From IMG/VR virus record IMGVR_UViG_2799112477_000001: DNA of 64,000 nt. One strand, given 5' to 3'. The notes below the pieces were generated by a model. It was not told where the DNA came from, ran no database searches, and saw only the letters and a program-made list of their open reading frames with translations. This document shows, piece by piece, positions 9,926-18,440 of this stretch (its first letter is position 1; every line of letters starts with the position of its first letter). Both the position numbers and the translations under genes were made by a program. The stretch is from an uncultured virus (IMG/VR IMGVR_UViG_2799112477_000001) (taxonomy: Duplodnaviria > Heunggongvirae > Uroviricota > Caudoviricetes).

Positions 9926-12010
9926 TCACACCAGAAAATCGTCTTCTGTTCTTGTGTCGTTACCTCTGATGACCTTCTGTGCCGGCTTTTTTCTGGTGCC
10001 CGGCTCGATCCTGTAATATCTTGAGGTGTTAGGCTTGCCGCCCTTTCTTACAGGAATGTGCTGCGAAGTAAGGAATCTTGTCTCTCTGCCTGTTTCCCTG
10101 TCCACTGCATATGCTCCGAACAGAGGATGCATCGACCACTGATACTTTCTCTCCATGACAGAGTTGTGTCCTGAAGGAGAAAGAAGGATCTCTGTCGGCT
10201 TTATTGCCTGTATCGCATCAGGAGGATATACAAGCTCTTTGTCTGTGGATATCATCTTCTTCTGGTCGAGGACGAATGCTTCCTGTACTGATTCAGGAAG
10301 AGGCTTGAATCTGTTCTCTGTCACTCTTTCCTTGATGACTTCCTTGTAGCCGGCACGGGATGAGAAATATGTCGCCGTGTCGCCCTTTACGTCAGACCCG
10401 ACGCCTTCGTTGGCTCCTACGCACAACTGAAGAGCGCAGGAGGATTCTATTACGGATCTGCCCGACGGTTCTGCTTTCGTGTTGTACTTGTCAAGCTGGT
10501 TCATCGTCTGGATCGAGATCAGGAAACTCATGTTGTAGGATCTGTTCTGCGACAGTATCTTGTGAAGATTGTCGAGCCTTCCCAGGTTACTGAACTCCTC
10601 GAGCATGACAAACAGCATGTGTTCAAGGCTTCCTCCCCTTCTTTCAGCTATGGTCATGTTCTCGTCAAGGACCATATTCACGAACAGCGTCATCGCCTGT
10701 ATGTATGTCTCCTTTCTGCCTGAGCAGGAGATGTAAATGGTCGCATCGCCTTCTGAAAGCGCTGAGATGTCTATCTCGTCGGAACTCAGGATGTCCACTA
10801 CTGCAGGTGACATCAGTACGTCCAGTGCGTTGGCAAGGGATGAACGGATCTGCTTGTAGTTCTTGTCTTCCTTCCATGTCGTGAAGTAACGGTTAATGAG
10901 CCTTCTGTCATGCGGATCTTCAAGAGCTGTCTCAAGGATAGCTATGAGTTCGTCGGAATCTGTTGTGACAAGGTTAATGAATTCCCGCCAGGTCCTCCTG
11001 TCGTCATAGTCCTCTGAACCTCCCATATCTTCGTCAGGTGAAAGGTCTATCTCGACCGGGACGAAGCTGTCACAGTGCGTGACGTATAGAAGGAGCAGCT
11101 TGAACAGGTTCTTGTTCGTGTTGGTCCAGTATTCTTCATCACCGTTTTCGAGGATAGTTCCCGCGAAGGATTCCGCGAGCTCTATCGCTGTCGATTCTTC
11201 GGCTTCTCTTATCTGCTTAAGGCAGTCCCAGCCGTCGCTGTTCTGAAGCTCGCCGTCCTTGAAGTTCAGCAGCCATGTCCTTCTTCCGAGGCCTATATCT
11301 ATCGGTTCCGTCGTCTGATACAGCTCTCCTTTAGGGTCGAATATAAGGCCACCGTGTCCCATGCATGCGTGCTGCACATATGCTCCTATCAGAAGGCCGC
11401 TGGTCTTACCTGCACCGGAAGGGCCGACGACCAGCATGTTGTCGTTCGCAAGGTGCCACTCGATGTCTGTCCTGACACCCGGCTGCTTGTTTATGAGCTC
11501 GCCGCTCGTCTTGTTTATGGCGATCGGGATGCCTGTCGGTTTGTCTATGTCGGTCAGCTTGAAGATCCTGCGCTCTTCCTGCTCTGTGAGAATACCGCGT
11601 CTGCCTGTCGAGGAGTTGAGGACCACCCTGTCGCCCATCTCGTCCGTGACGATCTTCGGCGCGTCTATGCTGCTCATCCGGAACTTTGTTATGAGTCTCG
11701 AGGCGAAATATGACGCCACCAGGATAAGCGCGATAGTAAACGGTTTTTCCATGAGCCCGCGGAAAAAGATCGCTACGGGATTGTAGGTGCGCTGGTAATA
11801 AGCACCCTCAAAAAGTGATCTCCCGCTGTCAAAAAACTGCAGGAGTGCGAAAAGCACCAGAAGAAAAGACCCGACCGACCATCTCGTGCGGATCTTTCTT
11901 TTCTGCTCCGGTGTTACTTTCAGCGGGTTCTCCGCTGCTTTCTCGAGCCTGCTCCATATGCTGAAGCGGTTGCGCTCGCCTCCGTCTGTTTCAGTTCTTG
12001 CCATTTTCAT
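9926..12010 (-). CDS. virD4: Type IV coupling protein (VirD4/TraG family)
   Basis: Two N-terminal TMs, Walker A GPSGAGKT, DPKGEL, LEEFSNLG, ISIQTMNQL. Confidence 0.9.
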   Translation of the reverse strand: MKMARTETDGGERNRFSIWSRLEKAAENPLKVTPEQKRKIRTRWSVGSFLLVLFALLQFFDSGRSLFEGAYYQRTYNPVAIFFRGLMEKPFTIALILVASYFASRLITKFRMSSIDAPKIVTDEMGDRVVLNSSTGRRGILTEQEERRIFKLTDIDKPTGIPIAINKTSGELINKQPGVRTDIEWHLANDNMLVVGPSGAGKTSGLLIGAYVQHACMGHGGLIFDPKGELYQTTEPIDIGLGRRTWLLNFKDGELQNSDGWDCLKQIREAEESTAIELAESFAGTILENGDEEYWTNTNKNLFKLLLLYVTHCDSFVPVEIDLSPDEDMGGSEDYDDRRTWREFINLVTTDSDELIAILETALEDPHDRRLINRYFTTWKEDKNYKQIRSSLANALDVLMSPAVVDILSSDEIDISALSEGDATIYISCSGRKETYIQAMTLFVNMVLDENMTIAERRGGSLEHMLFVMLEEFSNLGRLDNLHKILSQNRSYNMSFLISIQTMNQLDKYNTKAEPSGRSVIESSCALQLCVGANEGVGSDVKGDTATYFSSRAGYKEVIKERVTENRFKPLPESVQEAFVLDQKKMISTDKELVYPPDAIQAIKPTEILLSPSGHNSVMERKYQWSMHPLFGAYAVDRETGRETRFLTSQHIPVRKGGKPNTSRYYRIEPGTRKKPAQKVIRGNDTRTEDDFLV

Positions 12011-12016
12011 TCCTCC

Positions 12017-12334
12017 CTAAAGGCCCTGGAGTCTGAAGCTTTCGGGGAGCCTCGTTATCGACTCCTTCTCGGTTATAATGAGAGTGTAGTTCGTGCCCGG
12101 TACTCGCATGCCGAGCTGGGATGACATAGGTACCGTCAGAGAGAAGCTCAGTGCGTCGTCTGTTGCCGCTGCATCCGGCTTTATGCCGAGCTCTGTGAAT
12201 ACGCCGTCTTTTATCTTTTCTTTGAACATGGCTATGGCCGGATAGCTTTTTACTTCAACATTTGTCTCATACACTGTTCTGTAGACGCCTATGCCTATGA
12301 GGTCCCTTTCAAGCAGGGTGAATTTTATCTGCAT
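12017..12334 (-). CDS. Hypothetical protein
   Basis: 105-aa ORF with AAGGGGAG RBS, abutting virD4. Confidence 0.55.
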   Translation of the reverse strand: MQIKFTLLERDLIGIGVYRTVYETNVEVKSYPAIAMFKEKIKDGVFTELGIKPDAAATDDALSFSLTVPMSSQLGMRVPGTNYTLIITEKESITRLPESFRLQGL

Positions 12335-12463
12335 TTTTCTCCCCTTTCGTTTTAATAGAGTGTTATATTTTTTCAGCCTGTCCGATTATATCGCTCCGGA
12401 CTGTATTATTTTGCACATTCGGAGATGATCTCGTCTCCGGTTCTCATCAAAGAACTTTCACAG

Positions 12464-12551
12464 ATTTTTCAATTTGAAAAAAATCGCGGAAACCGTTGAT
12501 ACAGCTTTGTTTCAGCTATACTTAAGGAACGCGTTTTTGCGATGGAAATCA
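12464..12551. repeat. 88-bp intergenic repeat R1
   Basis: ATTTTTCAATTTGAAAAAAATCGC..CAGCTATACTTAAG..GCGTTTTTGCGATGGAAATCA; aligns without gaps to R2 and R3. Confidence 0.9.
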
Positions 12552-13016
12552 GTCTCCGTATCTGTTCTTCTGCCTCTTCTGGAATTCTGTCTGCTCCCAG
12601 TCGGGTACGGCTCCATCAGCCTCAAGGCACATAAGAGCTGTTTCTATGAGAAGCGACCTCTTTCCTTCCGAAAGAGCTTTCAGTATAGGTGCGAAGATAG
12701 TCAGCCCCGTCCTTTCCCAGTCGTTCATTTTCGGGTAGCCCTTTTCGGAGAGCTCGATCCGCTTTCTTCCCCAGAGCTGATCAAGGGAGATGTCGAGAGC
12801 GTTAGCGATGTCCTTGTCTTTGACATCCCTTTTCCCCGTACCCGGGAGCCTGCTTCCGTTCTCTATAGCTACGATACCTGCCTTTGTCTCATATCCGGCC
12901 TTCTCCGCAAGTTCAGCCTGGCTCATGCCTTTGCTTCTTCTGATCACGCTCACGTTGAGTGCGAGCCTCTCTTTTTTCTTGCGTTCAATGAAATCCTTCT
13001 TCTCTTTGTCGTTCAT
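12549..13016 (-). CDS. XRE-family HTH transcriptional regulator
   Basis: RRSKGMSQAELAEKAG..IENG..IANALDISLDQL. Confidence 0.85.
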   Translation of the reverse strand: MNDKEKKDFIERKKKERLALNVSVIRRSKGMSQAELAEKAGYETKAGIVAIENGSRLPGTGKRDVKDKDIANALDISLDQLWGRKRIELSEKGYPKMNDWERTGLTIFAPILKALSEGKRSLLIETALMCLEADGAVPDWEQTEFQKRQKNRYGD

Positions 13017-13018
13017 TG

Positions 13019-13630
13019 CTATGCCTCCCTTCCGCTTTTCTGTTTCCTGTCCACTTCACTTTTCAGCTCACTGAGGCGTTCTTCGCATGCTTCGAGCACT
13101 CCGCTCTTGGACAGATAGTATTTTGCGTACATGCACATAGTGCACCGCCCTTTGTTGTCGAGATGGTTCCTGTCATTGAACGAGCAGCATGTCTCCGATG
13201 TCATGATCTCTCCTTCTTCGGTCACATGGGTGTCTGCGAAGACCAGAGCTGCGGTGATAGGGTTCCAGCCGTAGGTTTCATCGTAGTTCCTGTACTGCCT
13301 TACACAGGAGACTGCGTCCTGTTTGAAGCCTGCTTTCGTCATGAGTGATCCGAGCACCACCCGGTTCTGATCAGCATAGCCTATGTCCCACATGTCCGGG
13401 ACCCGGTACAGCAGTCCCGTGTTGTACCAGGCATCGCTCTGCCCCTTCGGGGCTATCCGTGCCATTATCTCTGCTACTGCAAGATTGTGGTTGTACCAGT
13501 CTTCAGAGCTCCTTAGAGCGGTGCAGATCTCGTTCAGAAAGATGCATGCGGTCTTGTATGATCGTCCGTTTCTCCTCATTCTGGTCAGGTGGTCCAGCAT
13601 TTCTTTTGATGATAGGTCGCTTTTACTCAT
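13019..13630 (-). CDS. HD-domain-like protein with degenerate metal-binding motif
   Basis: H.LAVA..GLL(YR instead of HD)..ALVFAD pattern; ATG 13630 has an AGGAGG RBS. Confidence 0.55.
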   Translation of the reverse strand: MSKSDLSSKEMLDHLTRMRRNGRSYKTACIFLNEICTALRSSEDWYNHNLAVAEIMARIAPKGQSDAWYNTGLLYRVPDMWDIGYADQNRVVLGSLMTKAGFKQDAVSCVRQYRNYDETYGWNPITAALVFADTHVTEEGEIMTSETCCSFNDRNHLDNKGRCTMCMYAKYYLSKSGVLEACEERLSELKSEVDRKQKSGREA

Positions 13631-13652
13631 ATCATCCTCCTGTAGTGTCAAA

Positions 13653-13740
13653 TTTTTTCAATTTGAAAAAAATCGCTGCAGCCCTTGCAATGCAACGGTT
13701 ACAGCTATACTTAAGAGTCGCGTTTTTGCGATGGGATCTA
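13653..13740. repeat. 88-bp intergenic repeat R2
   Basis: TTTTTTCAATTTGAAAAAAATCGC..CAGCTATACTTAAG..GCGTTTTTGCGATGGGATCTA. Confidence 0.9.
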
Positions 13741-14079
13741 TGACAGTACGTCGTCCATCCTCTTAACGCTCCCTTTTCTCATTTCTTCAAGTGCCTTAGT
13801 GTACGGCTCAGGCAGGAAACTGCTCTTTCTCCCGTATGCAGTGATAACAGTCGCATCCGGGAATATGATCGTGAGTCTGAGCCTGCCGGATGCATCATCT
13901 GCAAGCTTCCCCGTCACGATGCAGTTTTCCCATTTTCCGTTTCTGGAGGCTATACACTTTAGTGATGACGGCCTGAGGACACTGTTGATCCCAGCGAACC
14001 ACTGGCTCATATCTCTGAGTTCCCTCTCTCTTACAGTCACGTTCTTTACTATCAGCTCAGTCAGTATTGGCTTTCTCAT
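13738..14079 (-). CDS. Hypothetical protein
   Basis: 113-aa ORF whose stop codon forms the edge of R2. Confidence 0.55.
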   Translation of the reverse strand: MRKPILTELIVKNVTVRERELRDMSQWFAGINSVLRPSSLKCIASRNGKWENCIVTGKLADDASGRLRLTIIFPDATVITAYGRKSSFLPEPYTKALEEMRKGSVKRMDDVLS

Positions 14080-14124
14080 GGTTTTTCCTGCTTCCGTCCT
14101 TTTCCTGTTATTGCCATGCGGGAT

Positions 14125-14673
14125 CTATCTCATTCCCGCAAGCTTCTGTTTCACCGTTATCTTTACTCCGTTTTTCTCTATGCGCTTGCAGAGCCACATG
14201 ATGTTGTTGCTGAGACCGTCTACAAACATCACGCGTCTGCCTTTGCTGTATAGATCAAGTCCCCCTCGTTTCATTACGCAGCGGTCTATGTCCTTAAGGA
14301 GCACCGTCCGCTTTATGCACCACAGCCTGTATGCCGTGATGCTGTCGTCTGTCACTCGCTGGTCCCAGAAGTGTTTTACAGGAGCCAGCATCAGAAGGAC
14401 GCTGATAACTATGAATGAACCGTATATTGCGAGGAGCGGTTTATCAAGCTGCCCGCTTACGTATGCGCCGTATGCACACGCTGTTGAGAATCCCCCGAAT
14501 AACGCACCTGTGAATGCAAGTGATGAGTTCGGTCTCACGTCGAAGTTTTTGCCCGGCCCGCCTTTTTTCCTGTTTGCACTTACAAAGATCAGGTCGAGCG
14601 AAAGGGGAACTATGTATATGACGAACAGTATCCCTATACCGCTGAATATGTTTTCTATAACCTTGACGATCAT
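14125..14673 (-). CDS. Membrane protein (3 TM plus small soluble C-terminal domain)
   Basis: Three hydrophobic stretches; AAGGGAG RBS. Confidence 0.6.
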   Translation of the reverse strand: MIVKVIENIFSGIGILFVIYIVPLSLDLIFVSANRKKGGPGKNFDVRPNSSLAFTGALFGGFSTACAYGAYVSGQLDKPLLAIYGSFIVISVLLMLAPVKHFWDQRVTDDSITAYRLWCIKRTVLLKDIDRCVMKRGGLDLYSKGRRVMFVDGLSNNIMWLCKRIEKNGVKITVKQKLAGMR

Positions 14674-14889
14674 ACTGCTCCCTTCTTGTTTTTGTGTTCT
14701 GTGTTTCTGCCCGCCCCGGGGAGCGCTCTCTGCATAGCGTTCAAAGCGGTTGTTTTTGGCTGTGCGCGTCTTTTTGCTTTGTTTCGTGGAATTATGCGTT
14801 GCGGCCGTAAAAATCGCTTAAATCGCAAATTTTGACCTTTAGTAGCTGCGCTTTCCTTTCTTTTCTTCCGGATGAGTTTGCCACACCAA

Positions 14890-14977
14890 TTTTTTCAATA
14901 TGAAAAATTTCTCTGTAACGCAGTCAAATCAACGCTTTGGGGCATACTTAAGGATTTGAAAATTGCGATGGAAATCA
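14890..14977. repeat. 88-bp intergenic repeat R3
   Basis: TTTTTTCAATATGAAAAATTTC..CATACTTAAGG..TTGCGATGGAAATCA. Confidence 0.85.
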
Positions 14978-15631
14978 GCTGACGAATCCCTTATGCTGAT
15001 CACTGTTGCCCGCCTCATCAAAAATGTCGTCGTAAAGGCCTTTCCCGTACGCGGCTACTTCTATGCCTTCGACGTGTACACTAAGCGCCTCAGGCACAGC
15101 GGAGACAGCTCTTTTTATCATTTCCACCTTGTCTGCGCCATTTTCCATCGCTACATCGGTCACCATAGCGATTCCCCTTGCCAGTATCTCTATTACTGCA
15201 GCTTCGACCACATCTGCACTTTTCATGACATGATCGCCGGCATAGCTTACAAGACACTCTCCGTCGACATTGAGCGATAACTCTCCGTCTCCGCCGTACA
15301 GGCACACGATGGAATCTCTTGCCCTGTTCGCCAGGCATTCAATGAATTCCACTTTATCCTCTGGTGCATTCGTGACCGTAAGAAGGTCTGCCAGTGTGAG
15401 CAGGAGCCCGCCTGTCACCTGTTTTGCGACATTACCGATGTCGCAGCCGTTTTCATCAGAGAAGCACTTGATCCTGTCTGCGAGCACATATCCTGCAAGT
15501 GTCATTGCGAGTTCTTCGTCTTCTGCGTTCTGATCTGCACCTATCAGTTCAATGGCTGTTATTCGGTCTGTCACTCTTAGCTTTATGTTGCTTCCGTCAT
15601 AATCGATCGACGCTATCTGTTTCTTTTTCAT
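14975..15631 (-). CDS. Hypothetical acidic protein
   Basis: ATG 15631 (MKKKQ) with AGGAG RBS; stop codon forms the edge of R3. Confidence 0.6.
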   Translation of the reverse strand: MKKKQIASIDYDGSNIKLRVTDRITAIELIGADQNAEDEELAMTLAGYVLADRIKCFSDENGCDIGNVAKQVTGGLLLTLADLLTVTNAPEDKVEFIECLANRARDSIVCLYGGDGELSLNVDGECLVSYAGDHVMKSADVVEAAVIEILARGIAMVTDVAMENGADKVEMIKRAVSAVPEALSVHVEGIEVAAYGKGLYDDIFDEAGNSDQHKGFVS

Positions 15632-15781
15632 TTGCGTTGTTCTCCTGTTTGCTGCTTTGGGAACGGAAAGGCACCTCACATAGCTCTGTGGGCGCCGTAT
15701 TTTTGTTCTGAAGCGTTTTTTGTAGTTTTCGGGGCATTTCCCCATGTTGGTGTTTTTGTCCGCTCTAAGGCGGGATTCCGG

Positions 15782-16927
15782 CTATTCTCTTTCTGCAGCG
15801 AGCAGAAGCCCTCTGAAGTGAGAAGGGGAGAGCACCATCGCGTCAAGCCCTGTATCATACACACTTTCCAGCACCTCTTTCTGCCAGTCATGTACTATGA
15901 GTCTGCACCTTTTGCGCCTGATGCGTGATTCTATCTCCTTGATCCTGCCAAGATTGCAGCACAGAAGGTTATATATCGGCTTTCCGGACTCTGTTCTTCC
16001 ATCTTCATCGTTTCCCGGAGAGGAGGAGAGACCGAGAATCTTGTTTATCTTGTTCCTCCAGTCAGGTATCGTGAGCATTTTTGCAACATCCATAGCGTGG
16101 CTTTCGTCCTCCGTCGGGATAACGTAGCACAACCTGTATATCGCTGTGGGGTCCATTCTGCTTTCTTCCTTGCCACTCATCTTAAGAAGGTCTTCCGCAA
16201 CTTTTCCTGTCTCAGCGAAGATGACTGCCTTGAGTCTCCGGTCTCTGCTGCGCTCAATGTCCAGAGCGTCCTCGTACATACGCCTGATGTCGATTGCTGT
16301 CTGTGTCTCGGATGCAGCATACCACCGGAACTTTGGGGTGGAGATAATATAAACACATATCGGGCCTGTTTCGCTGAAGATCGTGCCTGACTGTATGGAC
16401 ATTTCGCGCCGTGTGTGCTGCATGTCCTGTGTCTTTCTTTTGAGGATCGGACCGCTTATGTATAGGGGCATTCTTTTTGGTGCACTCCGGATTATCTCCG
16501 TGGCATCGGTAAGGGTAGGGGAGTAGAACAGATGTTCCTTATTCTCGAATCCGGCTCCGTCTACATTGAAGCCCGCGTCCAGGAACGCATTTATAAGCAT
16601 GGCCTCCCTGCGCTTTTTGAGGCGGTATTCTTTTCCCCCGGGATATCTTGCCCCTTTTTTGCCGGCGAGAACTTCCACATGTTCCGAGAGCCGCGGGTCC
16701 ATATTATCTATCCAGTCAAAGCCGGCGGGGTCGCAGATCCGGTACGTTCTCTTCCTGTCCGGGTGACGGAAGTAGCGTATAAGATCATCAGCGAGCATGT
16801 GCCTCAGTTCGTCGCCTGCCGACGACGGTGGGGCGGGGGCCCTGTCCCGAACCTTAAGCGAAAGAATCTCACCAGACATACCAAGTCTAAACATGTAATG
16901 ATTTCTTACTTTTTCATTCATAACCAA
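15782..16927 (-). CDS. Conjugation-region protein of unknown function (possible atypical relaxase or accessory factor)
   Basis: 381-aa basic ORF in the T4SS operon; no HUH motif recognised; function is inference only. Confidence 0.5.
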   Translation of the reverse strand: MVMNEKVRNHYMFRLGMSGEILSLKVRDRAPAPPSSAGDELRHMLADDLIRYFRHPDRKRTYRICDPAGFDWIDNMDPRLSEHVEVLAGKKGARYPGGKEYRLKKRREAMLINAFLDAGFNVDGAGFENKEHLFYSPTLTDATEIIRSAPKRMPLYISGPILKRKTQDMQHTRREMSIQSGTIFSETGPICVYIISTPKFRWYAASETQTAIDIRRMYEDALDIERSRDRRLKAVIFAETGKVAEDLLKMSGKEESRMDPTAIYRLCYVIPTEDESHAMDVAKMLTIPDWRNKINKILGLSSSPGNDEDGRTESGKPIYNLLCCNLGRIKEIESRIRRKRCRLIVHDWQKEVLESVYDTGLDAMVLSPSHFRGLLLAAERE

Positions 16928-17034
16928 AACCCAACATGATCTAAGGTTTTTATTTTTATTCTTCCTCCTGTTTGGTTTAACGAGGTATTGCTTTCAGCAA
17001 CCACCTCTACCAAACCCTTTAGGATGAGGCGGGT

Positions 17035-17113
17035 AAAAATCGTGGTCAAACCATTGGAATTTCAACGGTTTCAGCTAACTGATTTTTTGATTTTTGCAAA
17101 AAGCAGAAAATCA
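17035..17113. repeat. Partial fourth copy (R4) of the 88-bp repeat core
   Basis: AAAAATCGTGGTCAAACCATTGGAATTTCAACGGTTTCAGCTA matches the central part of R1/R2; ends GAAAATCA next to a stop codon. Confidence 0.5.
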
Positions 17114-17114
17114 G

Positions 17115-17822
17115 TTACTTTTTTGACTGATTTTTTGTGATTTTTACAGCCGAATCCGAGCTTCTTGCAGCAATCATTTCGTAGATGAAAGGCTCTTTTC
17201 TGTCTGCAATATAGATGTCGCAGTAGGACTCATCCGGATCTTTGACTGCCATGTTCATCGTAATGAGAGAGAGGGCGTTATCGTCTCTTATGAAGGTGCC
17301 CTGAAGTGCATCCAGGGCTCTTTTTGAATCGATATTGTCGAAGTCAAACACCTTCTGAAAGCTGCTGCAAATGTGATGTTCAAAGACAATAAGAGGTTCT
17401 TCTATCTTCTGGATCTTCCCGTTTTCGCGTTCGTAATCTGCCTGAAGATTCATCACGAGATAGAATATGTGCTTACCTGCATTTGACGGCCCTCTGTCAG
17501 AAGACTGGACGGAGTAGAAGGGAGGGAGATGGAATTTCCAGAGTCCCGGCTTCAGCTCCGTGAGGCATGCATCAAAATAGTCGGTAGTGCCGATCATTTC
17601 ATGATTGTTGCCGATCTGCCTGTCCTGCATGTCGTACACAAGTCTTTTCAGTTTCAGGTAGATTTCTTCATTGTCGATCGCGAAACTGTTTGTTAATGCC
17701 TTCACGCTTTCATCCTGCTCGGTGTATAGCGCGTACGCAAGGTCGCTGATTTTTCTTGTCTGCAATTTGACCAGTTCCTGGTAATCCAGGAGGCTCTTTA
17801 TGCTTCTATCTCTGTCTATCAT
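17115..17822 (-). CDS. RusA-like nuclease-fold protein
   Basis: DFDNIDSKRALDALQGTFIRDDN resembles the RusA DxDN..K..D..DD motif. Confidence 0.5.
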   Translation of the reverse strand: MIDRDRSIKSLLDYQELVKLQTRKISDLAYALYTEQDESVKALTNSFAIDNEEIYLKLKRLVYDMQDRQIGNNHEMIGTTDYFDACLTELKPGLWKFHLPPFYSVQSSDRGPSNAGKHIFYLVMNLQADYERENGKIQKIEEPLIVFEHHICSSFQKVFDFDNIDSKRALDALQGTFIRDDNALSLITMNMAVKDPDESYCDIYIADRKEPFIYEMIAARSSDSAVKITKNQSKK

Positions 17823-18432
17823 TTTTTCCCTCTGTGTCTGTGAGTATGCATGTTGCTATGCCTGTTTCCGGTGACTTTCTCACTATGCCAAGTCTGTGGC
17901 TGCCGAAAAGGACCGGCTTTTTGCCCCTCAGTTCCTCGGACGGTATCCTTGACGGATACACAAATAAAGTGATTTCACCTTTTTTTCTTTTCTTTTCGAA
18001 TTTTTCCAGAAGCCGCAGTTTCTGTGCGCCCCGGTCATTATTTATGATCACATCATACATAAGTCCGGTCGTCGTATAGAAAATGTAGTCCTCAGGAAGG
18101 TCTGTGCGAACAGCAGCGACCTCGTTCTCTTCTCCTTTTTCCTTTTCTTCTTTCATCACCGCAAGGTACACATCAAAGGCATCAAGTTTGTCGCTGCTTG
18201 CTCTTTCTTTCTTGTCTGCCTTGAGGATATGTGTGTCTGCATATTTCGCCTTTGTGATGATGCGCGCCTGCAGAAATTTTTCCGTCAGATCCTCGGCGGT
18301 CTCCTTGCATATGCCGAAATAAAGGCAAAGATAGAGAAGAAAAGAATCGTATCTGATCGCACCGAACACCTTTATAAGCTGCGATGTGTCAGAGAGAAAT
18401 CGTCTTGTTATCTTTATTTCTTTTCTGCCCAT
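17806..18432 (-). CDS. Hypothetical protein, probable N-terminal winged helix
   Basis: 208-aa ORF directly downstream of virB4, overlapping the next gene; GGAGGA RBS. Confidence 0.55.
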   Translation of the reverse strand: MGRKEIKITRRFLSDTSQLIKVFGAIRYDSFLLYLCLYFGICKETAEDLTEKFLQARIITKAKYADTHILKADKKERASSDKLDAFDVYLAVMKEEKEKGEENEVAAVRTDLPEDYIFYTTTGLMYDVIINNDRGAQKLRLLEKFEKKRKKGEITLFVYPSRIPSEELRGKKPVLFGSHRLGIVRKSPETGIATCILTDTEGKNDRQR

Positions 18433-18440
18433 GTTTCCTC

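Noticed and set aside
13799..14737. 312-aa plus-strand ORF (likewise 8499-9368, 35646-36749, 40204-41241 and 55988-57115)
   Set aside because: Antisense shadows of genes with better RBS or family evidence; no recognisable motifs.
12464..14977. 88-bp repeats as classical integron attC sites, CRISPR repeats or IS ends
   Set aside because: No RYYYAAC..GTTRRRY ends or full-length hairpin, kb-scale gene-containing intervals, direct orientation, and no transposase or IntI nearby.
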